Shown one piece after another: positions 17,115-26,422 of a stretch of 64,000 bases of DNA. A model generated the notes under the pieces. It was not told the origin of the DNA. It saw nothing but the letters and a program-made list of their open reading frames with translations, and did not search any database. The DNA is taken from NCBI GenBank assembly GCA_028694425.1, contig JAQVKX010000001.1, positions 841-64,840 of the forward strand. The letters are read 5' to 3'. Every line of letters starts with the position of its first letter. The first letter of the stretch is position 1. Position numbers and translations under genes: made by a program. This DNA is from Candidatus Gastranaerophilales bacterium (GTDB lineage Bacteria > Cyanobacteriota > Vampirovibrionia > Gastranaerophilales > Gastranaerophilaceae).

Positions 17115-17278
17115 GTGGACACTAATAACACTATAAGTCATGCCGAACTTGTTGACAAAGGGAACAGGCGAGGCACGAGCCTTGAGACCCTGTCTGTGTA
17201 GCTCGGCATCTTGCAAGTGAACAAATATTAGACCCTGAAACAAGTTCAGGGTGACGGTCTGCAGTAATTAGTGTCGAC
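17115..17278. repeat. GC-rich composite structured element (repeat or candidate ncRNA)
   Basis: closing helix GTGGACACTAAT/ATTAGTGTCGAC, inner helix ATGCCGA.C/G.TCGGCAT, hairpin ACCCTGAA-ACAAG-TTCAGGGT; shares a hairpin module with 29678-29703. Confidence 0.5.
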
Positions 17279-17292
17279 AGACCCTAGATCAT

Positions 17293-17400
17293 AAGGTGAA
17301 TGGATGAAAAGCTATATTTTTTACCTGTTACATTTTGCTTTTTGCCTTTCGCCTTTCACCTTTTGCCTTTTGCCTTTTGTTTTGGCTTTTGACTGTTTCC
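17293..17400. repeat. SWR cluster overlapping the rel 3' end
   Basis: GGTGAATGGATGAAAAG; TTTTGCTTTTTGCCTTTCGCCTTTCACCTTTTGCCTTTTGCCTTTTG. Confidence 0.85.
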
Positions 17401-19551
17401 CGATTTTCCCGTTAATGCCTGTACACGTTTGACGCTGTAAACATCGGGAAGTGCCTGAATACTGTTTATAACTTTTTTTAGCGTATTTATATTATCCAAT
17501 TCAAGTACAAGTTCAACAATTCCTACTTTATTGTTTTTTGATTTTACATTTGCATAGTTTATATTTATGTTATTGTCGGATATAACTGCAATTATATCCT
17601 TTAAAAGCCCTATTTTATCGCTTGTTTCAATTCTGATTGAAGTAGTATAAGTTTTATCCGTATTCTCACCTGCCCAGTGAATATCCATAAGTCTTTCCAC
17701 AGGAATAGTTTCAAGCGAAGGACAATCAATTCTATGTATAGAAACACCCTTAGAACGTGTTACAACACCTACAATAGGTTCGCCGGGGATTGGAGAACAG
17801 CATTTGGCAAAAGAATACAAAAGCCCTTCCAGCCCGATTATATCTTTTTCTGATTTTCTGCGTTTACGTTCGACTTCAAAAGAAGCATCAACAGGTTTTA
17901 CCGATGGTTTTTTAAGTCTGTTTATAATTTTGTTTATTGTAGTTTCGCCGTATCCCAAAGCCGCAAAAAGGTCATCTGCAGATTGATAATTCATTTGTTT
18001 GGCAATTTTTTCAAATTCACCTTGTTTCATATAATCATCAAATGCGGCTTTTGTAAGTTCATGTTCAAGATTTGCTTTGCCCAGGTTTAAATGCTCTTCA
18101 CGTTTATTCTTCTTAAACCATTGTTTGATTTTTGAGGATGCTTGTTTTGTTACAACAAAATTAAGCCAGTCAAGGCGTGGGGCAGGGTGTTTTGATGTTA
18201 AAATTTCGACAATATCACCGTTTTTTAATTTTGAATCAAGCTGAGCAATTCTGCCGTTTATTAATGCTCCGATAGTTTTATGTCCGACATCTGTGTGTAT
18301 ACGGTAAGAAAAATCAATCGGAGTTGCATTTACCGGTAAATCAAAGACGTCTCCGTTAGGTGTAAATACAAAAACCTGATCTGAAAATATATCAAGCTTA
18401 ATACTGTCAACATAATCTTTAGCGTTTGTTAAATCTTCATCATATTCAACAAGTTTTCTCATCCAGGAAAGTTGAACATCATTATTATTCTCTGCTTTTT
18501 TGGAACCTTTTTCTTTATATTTCCAGTGTGCGGCAAGACCATATTCTGCAATTTCATGCATTTCTTTGGTTCTTATTTGTACTTCTAACGGTTTTGAACG
18601 GGGACCGATAACAGAAGTGTGCAAAGATTGGTACATATTTCCTTTAGGCATTGCTATATAATCTTTAAACCGGCCCGGAATAGGCTTAAATTGAGAATGG
18701 ATAAGACCTAAAACCTCGTAGCATTCTTTTTCGGTATCTACAATTACCCGAACAGCCGTAATATCATATAAATCATGAAAAGCGACATTTAGTCGTTCCA
18801 TTTTATTGTAAATACTGTAATAATGTTTTGCCCGACCCATAATTTGTGCATTTATACCACTGTTCTTAACATCCTGAGATATTTTTTCAATAAGTAAATT
18901 AACCGTTAATTCTCTTTCAGCTTTTTTTTGGGCAACTAATTGTGCTATTTCATAATATTTTTCGGGATGCAAATACCTTAGAGATAAATCTTCCAATTCA
19001 GCTTTAATTTTTCCAATCCCCAAACGGTTTGCAAGCGGAGCAAAAACATCCAGCGTTTCTTGTGATATTTTTTGTTGTTTATTGGCTGCCATAAAGTTTA
19101 AAGTCCGCATATTATGCAATCTGTCAGCAAGTTTCAAGAAAATTATTCTTACGTCATTTGCCATTGCAATGAACATTCGCCGAAAATTCTCCGCCTGACG
19201 TTCTTCGGTTGATTTAAATTGCAGTTTGCTTAATTTAGTAACTCCTTGAACCAAATGTAAAACATCTTTTGAGAATTTGCTTTCAATTTCCTCCGGTTGG
19301 GTATCCGTGTCTTCAAGTACATCATGCAAAAAAGCTGCAATAATAGTATTTTTATCGGCCTTTAAGTCAATAAGAATTTTTGCAACTTCAACGGGATGCA
19401 TAATATAAGGCTCTTCTGAAATTCTGTATTGACCTTCATGTAATTTTTTTGCAAAAAGAAATGCCTGTTCAATTTTATCAATATCTTCCGACGGGCGATT
19501 TTGCTCAATTAAACTCTTCTTAATATCTACAAAAAAAGTATCTTCTGCCAT
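17356..19551 (-). CDS. rel: bifunctional (p)ppGpp synthetase/hydrolase
   Basis: HD domain (HDVLEDT), RelA/SpoT synthetase region, TGS and ACT-like C-terminus; 731 aa. Confidence 0.95.
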   Translation of the reverse strand: MAEDTFFVDIKKSLIEQNRPSEDIDKIEQAFLFAKKLHEGQYRISEEPYIMHPVEVAKILIDLKADKNTIIAAFLHDVLEDTDTQPEEIESKFSKDVLHLVQGVTKLSKLQFKSTEERQAENFRRMFIAMANDVRIIFLKLADRLHNMRTLNFMAANKQQKISQETLDVFAPLANRLGIGKIKAELEDLSLRYLHPEKYYEIAQLVAQKKAERELTVNLLIEKISQDVKNSGINAQIMGRAKHYYSIYNKMERLNVAFHDLYDITAVRVIVDTEKECYEVLGLIHSQFKPIPGRFKDYIAMPKGNMYQSLHTSVIGPRSKPLEVQIRTKEMHEIAEYGLAAHWKYKEKGSKKAENNNDVQLSWMRKLVEYDEDLTNAKDYVDSIKLDIFSDQVFVFTPNGDVFDLPVNATPIDFSYRIHTDVGHKTIGALINGRIAQLDSKLKNGDIVEILTSKHPAPRLDWLNFVVTKQASSKIKQWFKKNKREEHLNLGKANLEHELTKAAFDDYMKQGEFEKIAKQMNYQSADDLFAALGYGETTINKIINRLKKPSVKPVDASFEVERKRRKSEKDIIGLEGLLYSFAKCCSPIPGEPIVGVVTRSKGVSIHRIDCPSLETIPVERLMDIHWAGENTDKTYTTSIRIETSDKIGLLKDIIAVISDNNININYANVKSKNNKVGIVELVLELDNINTLKKVINSIQALPDVYSVKRVQALTGKSGNSQKPKQKAKGKR

Positions 19552-19566
19552 GGTATAATTATAGCA

Positions 19567-19636
19567 GGTAAATGGTGAAAAGTGAATAGTGAATGGTAAA
19601 TGGTGAAAAGTGAAAGGTGAAATGTGAAACGTGAAG
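19567..19636. repeat. SWR cluster
   Basis: GGTAAATGGTGAAAAGTGAATAGTGAATGGTAAATGGTGAAAAGTGAAAGGTGAAATGTGAAACGTGAAG. Confidence 0.9.
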
Positions 19637-19941
19637 AAATTTTTAAAAATACGGAAAAAGGTTTGACTGTAAGATTAAAAATAGTCCCTAACTCAAGCAA
19701 AAATGACATCTTCTTTGACGGGGATATTTTAAAAATAAAAATAACAGCTCAACCGATTGAAAATAAAGCCAATAAAGCTTTAGTTGAATTTTTGGCAAAA
19801 AAATTAAAAATCGCAAAAAGTAACATTCAAATAACCAAAGGTGAACTCAGCAAAGAAAAAACCTTATTAATTCAAGGGCTTAACAAAGAAGAGTTTTTTA
19901 AAGTGATTAATTATTTAGGTGAACAGGTGAATGGTGAATAG
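19624..19941 (+). CDS. yggU: DUF167/YggU family protein
   Basis: GLTVRLKIVPNSSKN...ITAQPIENKANKALVEFLAK pattern; the GTG start and the last 7 codons lie in GTGAAnn words. Confidence 0.8.
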   Translation: MKREEIFKNTEKGLTVRLKIVPNSSKNDIFFDGDILKIKITAQPIENKANKALVEFLAKKLKIAKSNIQITKGELSKEKTLLIQGLNKEEFFKVINYLGEQVNGE

Positions 19942-20074
19942 AAGTTGAATGGGTGAAAGGGTGAATGGGTGAACAGTTTCGTTTAAAAACTACGCCTCCA
20001 CGCATCTACGCATCTTGTTTTCTATTCCCTGTTACCTATTTCCCTTCACTTTTTGCTTTTTACTTTTCACTTAA
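19918..20074. repeat. SWR cluster (core in reverse at 19990-20020)
   Basis: GGTGAACAGGTGAATGGTGAATAG...; CTACGCCTCCACGCATCTACGCATCTTGTTTTC; TTCACTTTTTGCTTTTTACTTTTCAC. Confidence 0.9.
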
Positions 20075-21025
20075 TTACGCATGTCCTGCGGTTCCGAGTA
20101 CTTGCATTTTATGTTTAACAAGTTCTTTGACGGCAGTTCTTGCAGGTCCGAGATATTCCCTGGGATCAAACTTGGATGGTTCATTAGAGAAGAATTCTCT
20201 TATTGTTGCCGTCATTGCTAATCTTAAATCTGTATCGATATTAATTTTAGCAACACCGTTTTTAGAGGCATAAGACAGCATATCTTCGGGAACGCCTTGT
20301 GCATCAGGCAAATTGCCACCGTATTTATTGCACTTTTCGACTAAATCTCTCGGAACGGAAGATGAACCATGCAGTACAATCGGATAATCAGGGAAACCTG
20401 CATCAGCCAATGCTTTTTTAATTGTAGCAAGTCTTTCAAAATCAAGTTTTGCTTCGCCTTTAAATTTATAAGCACCATGGCTTGTTCCGATAGCTATAGC
20501 TAAAGAATCACAGCCTGTTTCTTTAACAAATTTTACCGCATCATCAGGATCAGTATAAGTTGCATCTTTAGAATGAACTTTTACATCATCTTCAACCCCT
20601 GCCAGTTTACCGAGTTCAGCTTCAACAGAAACTCCTCTTGCATGTGCATATTCAACAACTTTTTTAGTTAAAGCAATATTTTCTTCAAGCGGGAACCTTG
20701 AGCCGTCAATCATAACCGATGAAAATCCGCCGTCGATACAATCTTTGCAAATCTCAAAATCTGCACCGTGGTCTAAATGTAATGCTATAGGTACTGTTGT
20801 TGTAGCAAGTGCTGCTTCAACAAGTTTTACCAAATAAGTTTGATTAGCGTATTTTCTTGCACCTGCCGAAACCTGTAAAATGATAGGTGAACGGGTTTCT
20901 TCAGCTGCTTCTGCAATAGCCTGAAGTAATTCCATATTATTAACATTATATGCCCCGATTGCGTATTTGCCTTCAAGGGCTTTTTTGAACATTTCGTTTG
21001 TTCCGACTAATTTTCTCTCGCTCAT
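20075..21025 (-). CDS. fba: class II fructose-1,6-bisphosphate aldolase
   Basis: LHLDHG, GTSHGAYKF and HGSSSVP motifs. Confidence 0.93.
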   Translation of the reverse strand: MSERKLVGTNEMFKKALEGKYAIGAYNVNNMELLQAIAEAAEETRSPIILQVSAGARKYANQTYLVKLVEAALATTTVPIALHLDHGADFEICKDCIDGGFSSVMIDGSRFPLEENIALTKKVVEYAHARGVSVEAELGKLAGVEDDVKVHSKDATYTDPDDAVKFVKETGCDSLAIAIGTSHGAYKFKGEAKLDFERLATIKKALADAGFPDYPIVLHGSSSVPRDLVEKCNKYGGNLPDAQGVPEDMLSYASKNGVAKINIDTDLRLAMTATIREFFSNEPSKFDPREYLGPARTAVKELVKHKMQVLGTAGHA

Positions 21026-21090
21026 CTTAAGCTCTCCTCTTTGTATAACAGTACGTAATTAATCTATACCAAAAACAATAAATTTACAAG

Positions 21091-21180
21091 AGGGAAAATG
21101 GTAAATAGTGAATAGTGAATGGTGAATAGAAAGGTTTAATTGATTTTATCTACAATTTACTATTTATCATTCACTATTCA
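21091..21180. repeat. SWR cluster
   Basis: GGGAAAATGGTAAATAGTGAATAGTGAATGGTGAATAG ... TTTACTATTTATCATTCACTATTCA. Confidence 0.85.
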
Positions 21181-21189
21181 TGTTATAAT
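21181..21189 (+). promoter_or_regulatory. extended -10 element TGTTATAAT
   Basis: TGnTATAAT 28 nt upstream of the ATG at 21217; the same ATGTTATAATTT string precedes topA. Confidence 0.4.
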
Positions 21190-21216
21190 TTATATAGTAA
21201 AAAGCGGAGGTAAAAT

Positions 21217-21618
21217 ATGAAAGAAAAAGCTGTTAATTATTACAAGGAAGGACATTCATGTTCTGAAAGTATTATACTTGCTGCAATAGATAATGGATTA
21301 TGTGATAAAAATTTGCTTTCTGTTGCAACGGCATTTTCAGGAGGAATGTCGGCAGGATGTCTGTGTGGGGCAGTGGCAGGTGCTCAAATGGTTTTAGGTT
21401 CTAATTTCGGTAAAGGCAATTCTTCAGGAAATCAGGAAAGTGCAAGAATTAAAGCAAAAGAATTTGTCGAAGAGTTCAAAAGAAAAAGAAAAACAACTTG
21501 CTGCAGGGCTTTATCTGCAGGATATGATTTTCACAGTCCCGAGAGAAAAGAAAACTGTGCCGACTTAGTTAAAGAATGTGCCGAGATTCTTGATGGTTTA
21601 GTGAGCAAAGTATGTTGA
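21217..21618 (+). CDS. C_GCAxxG_C_C family protein
   Basis: GHSCSESI, GCLCGAVAGA and TCCRAL motifs. Confidence 0.8.
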   Translation: MKEKAVNYYKEGHSCSESIILAAIDNGLCDKNLLSVATAFSGGMSAGCLCGAVAGAQMVLGSNFGKGNSSGNQESARIKAKEFVEEFKRKRKTTCCRALSAGYDFHSPERKENCADLVKECAEILDGLVSKVC

Positions 21619-21983
21619 ACATAATAGCAATTTTTATAGGCGGCGGTTTAGGTTCTCTGCTTCGCTACGGGGTTGCGGTTTTACTAAAGTCATACAGCTT
21701 TAATTTTCCGGTAGCAACATTAACGGTAAATGTTATAGGAAGTTTAATTTTAGGGTTTATCATTGCATTATTCTGGGACAAAGCATCAATGCATGACGGA
21801 ATAAAACTTGCTATTACGGTAGGTTTTTGCGGAGGGCTTACAACTTTCAGCACTTTTTCATGGGAAACTTTTGATCTTATAAAAAACGGTGAATTTTTAC
21901 TTGCATTTTTTTATGCAATAATAAGTGTGCTGATTTGTATTTTTGCCGTAAGCATAGGAGTATTTTTATCGAAGTATGTTTAA
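21612..21983 (+). CDS. crcB: fluoride ion channel CrcB/FluC
   Basis: GGGLGSLLRY and GFCGGLTTFSTFSWE motifs; 4 TM segments. Confidence 0.9.
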   Translation: MLNIIAIFIGGGLGSLLRYGVAVLLKSYSFNFPVATLTVNVIGSLILGFIIALFWDKASMHDGIKLAITVGFCGGLTTFSTFSWETFDLIKNGEFLLAFFYAIISVLICIFAVSIGVFLSKYV

Positions 21984-22914
21984 AAACAAATTTGTAAAAA
22001 GGGTTTTATTTATAGGTATGCCTGATATGGCATACATTTGCCTTGAAGGTTTGCACAGAGCCGGAGTTAATATTGTCGGGGTTATGGGAGCAAAAAGAGA
22101 CCACCCGACATATACAGGATTTAAAAATTTTGTACGAAATCATCATCTTAATTTTATTAACTATGACGAATTAGATGATATTTTTCTCATAAAAAAGATT
22201 AAGGATTTAAACGCAGATATTGCAATTGTCTGTTCTTTTAATTATAAAATTCCGAAAGCTTTGTTAGAAACGGTAAAAGACGGATTTATAAATGTTCATC
22301 CGTCTCTTTTGCCAAAATATAGAGGTCCAAATCCTTATTCTGCAGTAATTATAAACGGAGAAAAAGAAACAGGTATAACTCTGCATTTTATGACAGAAGA
22401 ATTTGACCGTGGCGATATAATTGCTCAAAAAAAGATTGCCGTGATGAAAAACGAAACAATGGGAACACTTTTCAATAGAACCAACATTGTTGCTCTGGAT
22501 ATGATTTCGGAGGTTCTTAAAGAATACGAAACAAATGGTTTGAAAGCAGAAAAACAGCCTCACGGAAATTATAAAACAGGTAAAATCCTTAAGGAAAAAG
22601 AATTATTCATAAACTTTAAAAAAACATCTGCCGAAATTGATGCACTGACTCGTGCTCTTAATCCGTTTGTACTTGCAAGAACAAATTTCAGAGGCACTTT
22701 AACAAAGATTTTAACTGTTGAATTAAGTAATGAAATTTCCAAAGAGAAAGTTCCGCCCGGAACAATTGTAAAGATTGAAAAAGATAAATTTTATGTAAAA
22801 ACCGGCGACGGGCTTATAGTTTTAACCTCAATGCAATTTGGAAGCTTTTTTGCCGGAACCTCAAAAGAATTTATTGAAATACTAAATCCCAGAATCGGAG
22901 AAAAATTTGAATGA
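21976..22914 (+). CDS. formyltransferase, methionyl-tRNA formyltransferase-like
   Basis: INVHPSLLPKYRGPNP and GITLHFM..EFD.GDII motifs plus an Fmt-like C-terminal domain; whether this is the true fmt is uncertain. Confidence 0.7.
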   Translation: MFKNKFVKRVLFIGMPDMAYICLEGLHRAGVNIVGVMGAKRDHPTYTGFKNFVRNHHLNFINYDELDDIFLIKKIKDLNADIAIVCSFNYKIPKALLETVKDGFINVHPSLLPKYRGPNPYSAVIINGEKETGITLHFMTEEFDRGDIIAQKKIAVMKNETMGTLFNRTNIVALDMISEVLKEYETNGLKAEKQPHGNYKTGKILKEKELFINFKKTSAEIDALTRALNPFVLARTNFRGTLTKILTVELSNEISKEKVPPGTIVKIEKDKFYVKTGDGLIVLTSMQFGSFFAGTSKEFIEILNPRIGEKFE

Positions 22915-23735
22915 ATAAACTTAATTTTCTGACCGCCGGAATACCGCTTAGAACAGAACCTAAAGATTACGAAAATGCTTTTAAAGTCTTGGACGAAATG
23001 AATCTTGACGGTATTGAACTTGAATTTGTCCATGGAGTAAGAATGAGTCCTGCTTCACAAAACACGGTTAAAAAAGCATCGGAAAAATTTGTAATAACAG
23101 CTCATGGACCTTATTATATCAACTTAAACTCCAAAGAACAGGAAAAAATTGACGCAAGCGTGGTAAGAATTCTTGATACAGCCTTGATGGCAGGAAAAGT
23201 TGGAGCATACAGCATAACTTATCATGCGGCTTTTTATATGGGAAACGACAAAAAAATTGTTTTTGACAGGATTGTAAAACAAACACAGCGTATAATAGAA
23301 GTCATTGAGAGTGAAGGAATAAATGTTTGGATTAGACCCGAAACTACGGGGAAAAATACACAATGGGGGGATTTGGATGAAGTAATAGCACTTTCAAAAG
23401 AATTTAAGCAGATTTTGCCTTGTGTTGATTTTTCTCATCTTCATGCCAGAACCGGAGGAAAACTTAACTCCTATGAAGATTTTTGCATGATTTTAGAGCG
23501 TATCGGTTCAGAATTGGGACAAAATGCTTTGGATAATTTCCATGGACACCTTGCAGGAATTGCTTACTCTGATAAAGGTGAAAAACATCATTTGGACTTG
23601 GAAAAATCGGATATGAATTACAAGGATTTACTGAAAGCTTTGAAAAAATTTGATGTAAAAGGTGCTTTGGTTTGTGAAAGCCCAAATATTGAAGAAGATT
23701 GTAAACTGATAAAGGAATTTTATTTAATGATTTAA
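22911..23735 (+). CDS. endonuclease IV-like TIM-barrel protein (AP endonuclease family 2)
   Basis: AHGPYYINL, YHAAFY, RPETTGK and DFSHLHAR metal-ligand pattern. Confidence 0.7.
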   Translation: MNKLNFLTAGIPLRTEPKDYENAFKVLDEMNLDGIELEFVHGVRMSPASQNTVKKASEKFVITAHGPYYINLNSKEQEKIDASVVRILDTALMAGKVGAYSITYHAAFYMGNDKKIVFDRIVKQTQRIIEVIESEGINVWIRPETTGKNTQWGDLDEVIALSKEFKQILPCVDFSHLHARTGGKLNSYEDFCMILERIGSELGQNALDNFHGHLAGIAYSDKGEKHHLDLEKSDMNYKDLLKALKKFDVKGALVCESPNIEEDCKLIKEFYLMI

Positions 23736-23770
23736 AATAAATCCAACTTAAGAAGTGCTAAACCACACTT

Positions 23771-23805
23771 GAGCATGCGGAAAAAGGAACTTTTTCCGTA
23801 AACTC
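23771..23805. repeat. NPE, minimal copy (the two element ends joined)
   Basis: GAGCATGCGGAAAAAGGAACTTTTTCCGTAAACTC. Confidence 0.75.
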
Positions 23806-23856
23806 ACTTTACTTTTGTTATATAATTAAGCAAGAATACTAAAAAGGGGAAGATTT

Positions 23857-24285
23857 TTGAGAATTGCAATCGGTGCCGATCATGGCGGGTTTAACTTAAA
23901 AGAAAAAATAGTTAAATATTTAAAAGATAATAATATTGAATTTAAGGATTTTGGTACATTTTCTTTAGAGTCTTGCCATTACCCTCAATTTGCAAAGCAA
24001 GTTGCAAAAGAAGTTGTAGCAGGCAATTTTGATAAAGGAATTTTAGTCTGCGGCTCAGGCATAGGAATGTCCATTACCGCAAACAGAATCAAAGGCATTA
24101 GAGCCGCTTTGTGCTGGGATGAAACCACAACAAAACTCTCAAGGCAGCACAATAACTCTAATCTACTTTGTCTCGGTGAAAGAGTTATTGACAATGATTT
24201 GGCAATAAAGATGGTTGATTTATGGATTAAAACCGATTTTGAAGGCGAGAGACACAAAATCAGGACAGATATGATAGAGGATTAA
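23857..24285 (+). CDS. rpiB: ribose-5-phosphate isomerase B
   Basis: RIAIGADHGGF and LVCGSGIGMSI.ANR motifs; TTG start after a GGGGAAG RBS. Confidence 0.92.
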   Translation: MRIAIGADHGGFNLKEKIVKYLKDNNIEFKDFGTFSLESCHYPQFAKQVAKEVVAGNFDKGILVCGSGIGMSITANRIKGIRAALCWDETTTKLSRQHNNSNLLCLGERVIDNDLAIKMVDLWIKTDFEGERHKIRTDMIED

Positions 24286-24684
24286 ATGAAAGAAACCGTT
24301 AAATCAGATAAATTAGCAAGTGTAATTGCACGAATACTTGATGATAAACTGGGAAAAGATATTTCCATATTGAATATAAGCAATGTTTCGGTATTGGCTG
24401 ATTATTTTGTTATTTGTTCAGCGGATACTTCAACACAGGTAAGAGCTTTGACTTCTTATGTAAAAGAAAAAGTTAAAGATTTGTTTGAAAGATTGCCTAA
24501 CGGTCAGGAAAGCGATCTTAAAAACCGTTGGAATTTATTGGATTACGGTGATGTTATAGTCCATATCTTGCATAAAGAAGAACGTGAAACTTATGCGATT
24601 GAAAAATTTTGGAATCATGCATTTAAAGTTTCCGAAGATAAATGGAAGAAAGATTCTGAGGAATTTTCCGAATATGTCAAATGA
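24286..24684 (+). CDS. rsfS: ribosomal silencing factor RsfS
   Basis: LGKDISILN...LADYFVICS..S..Q and DYGDVIVHI motifs. Confidence 0.9.
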   Translation: MKETVKSDKLASVIARILDDKLGKDISILNISNVSVLADYFVICSADTSTQVRALTSYVKEKVKDLFERLPNGQESDLKNRWNLLDYGDVIVHILHKEERETYAIEKFWNHAFKVSEDKWKKDSEEFSEYVK

Positions 24685-25555
24685 AAAAATTTTTATTGTA
24701 AAATTTAACGGCGGACTTGGAAATCAAATGTTTCAATGGGCTTTTGCCCGTTCACTTGAGAAGAAAACAAGTTTTCAGGCTTTTTTTGATATGTCTTATT
24801 TTACAAAAAAATATGCAAGACCTTATGATTTGGAGATTTTTAACGTAAATCCGAGAAAAATTGAAGATTTTTGGCTGAAGTTAAGACTTGAAATAATTTG
24901 GAAATTAAGAAGAAGACTTAAAAATAAAAAGTTTTTGGGTTTAAAATTTTATTGTGAACCGCATTTTGAATTTGATGAAAATATTTTTCAAATCGAACCA
25001 AATACCTATATTGAAGGTTTTTTTCAAAGCGAAAAATATTTTAAAGAAATAGAAGACGACCTGCGAAATGATTTTCAGTTTAAAAATCCGCCTGCTAAGC
25101 AAAATGAAGAGTTAACAGCAAAAATCGGCACGGTAAATTCTGTTTCATTGCACATAAGACGTGGTGATTATGTGCAAAAGAAGCGTTTTCAAAACCTTTA
25201 TGCACCATGCTCGCTTGATTATTACAGGCGAGGTGTTGAATACATTGCACAAAATTATGCAAATCCGACATTGTTTATTTTTTCTGATGATATTGAGTGG
25301 GTTAAGCAAAATTTAAATCTGCCTTATGAAAGCGTTTATGTTTCACATAACACCGGAAAAAAGAGTTTTGAGGATATGCGTTTGATGAGTCTTTGCAAAC
25401 ATAATATTATTGCAAACAGTTCATTTTCATGGTGGGGTGCCTGGCTTAACAATAATCCAAAAAAGATTGTAATCGCTCCACAAAAATGGTTTAATGATGA
25501 AAATATAGTTCAAATAGATGTTATACCGCAAAATTGGATTAAATTAGAAAATTGA
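24674..25555 (+). CDS. glycosyltransferase family 11 (alpha-1,2-fucosyltransferase-like)
   Basis: GGLGNQMFQWAF, HIRRGDYV and NSSFSWWGAWLN motifs; start at the ATG at 24674, overlapping the rsfS stop. Confidence 0.85.
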   Translation: MSNEKIFIVKFNGGLGNQMFQWAFARSLEKKTSFQAFFDMSYFTKKYARPYDLEIFNVNPRKIEDFWLKLRLEIIWKLRRRLKNKKFLGLKFYCEPHFEFDENIFQIEPNTYIEGFFQSEKYFKEIEDDLRNDFQFKNPPAKQNEELTAKIGTVNSVSLHIRRGDYVQKKRFQNLYAPCSLDYYRRGVEYIAQNYANPTLFIFSDDIEWVKQNLNLPYESVYVSHNTGKKSFEDMRLMSLCKHNIIANSSFSWWGAWLNNNPKKIVIAPQKWFNDENIVQIDVIPQNWIKLEN

Positions 25556-25578
25556 GGATAAGATTTTGACTAATAAAT

Positions 25579-25604
25579 TGTAGGTCGGGCATTCCTGCCC
25601 GACA
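25579..25604 (+). repeat. GTAGG-hairpin 3' element
   Basis: TGTAGGTCGGGCATTCCTGCCCGACA; 8-bp GC stem; begins 24 nt after the GT11 stop. Confidence 0.6.
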
Positions 25605-25639
25605 ATATAAAAGAAATCAGGCTGTAAGGATACAAAAAA

Positions 25640-26419
25640 ATGAAAAAAATATCGATAGTAATAAACACATTAAACGCAGACAGGCTTTTGGAAAAGTGCT
25701 TGGAAAGTGTAAAAGAAGCTGATGAAATTTTGATTTGCGACATGCATTCCGAAGATAAAACAATTGAAATTGCTCAAAAATTCGGGTGCAAAATTGTTTA
25801 TCACGAACGAACAGGTATTGTTGAACCTGCAAGGAATTGGGCTATGGAGCAGGCTTCGGGCGATTGGATTTTAGTCCTTGATGCAGATGAAATCGTAACA
25901 CCTGAGCTTTGGAAGTATTTAAGAGAATATGCAAATAACCCTAAACCTAATCATTTTGCGTGCAATATTCCGCGGGAAACCGCAATGGACGGCAAAATTT
26001 TACGTTCATGGTATCAGGCAGGCTGCAAAAGATTTTGGAAAAAAGGTGTTTGCACATACACGGATGCAATTCATCAAATGCCGATAACACACGAAGGGGA
26101 AGATTTTTGGATTAAGGGGAAAAATCTTCATATAATTCATTACCATATGCCTTCCATAAGCTCTTTCAATGAAAAAATAGACAGATATACGGATTTTGAA
26201 TTAAAAAGATTTATCCAAAAAGGAAAAAAGTTTTCTTTATTTAAACTTGTTACCAGACCTTGTTTTGAGTTTTTTAAATTTTACATTTTAAAAGGCGGTA
26301 TTTTTGACGGGATTCATGGATTAATTTTTGCCAAAATGCAAGCCTATTATAAATTTATTCAATGGGCAAAACTTTATGAAAAAGAGTTTAAAGACAAAAA
26401 TAAGGATTTAATTTACTAA
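25640..26419 (+). CDS. glycosyltransferase family 2
   Basis: ISIVINTLN, DMHSEDKT and LDADE motifs. Confidence 0.8.
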   Translation: MKKISIVINTLNADRLLEKCLESVKEADEILICDMHSEDKTIEIAQKFGCKIVYHERTGIVEPARNWAMEQASGDWILVLDADEIVTPELWKYLREYANNPKPNHFACNIPRETAMDGKILRSWYQAGCKRFWKKGVCTYTDAIHQMPITHEGEDFWIKGKNLHIIHYHMPSISSFNEKIDRYTDFELKRFIQKGKKFSLFKLVTRPCFEFFKFYILKGGIFDGIHGLIFAKMQAYYKFIQWAKLYEKEFKDKNKDLIY

Positions 26420-26422
26420 GTT

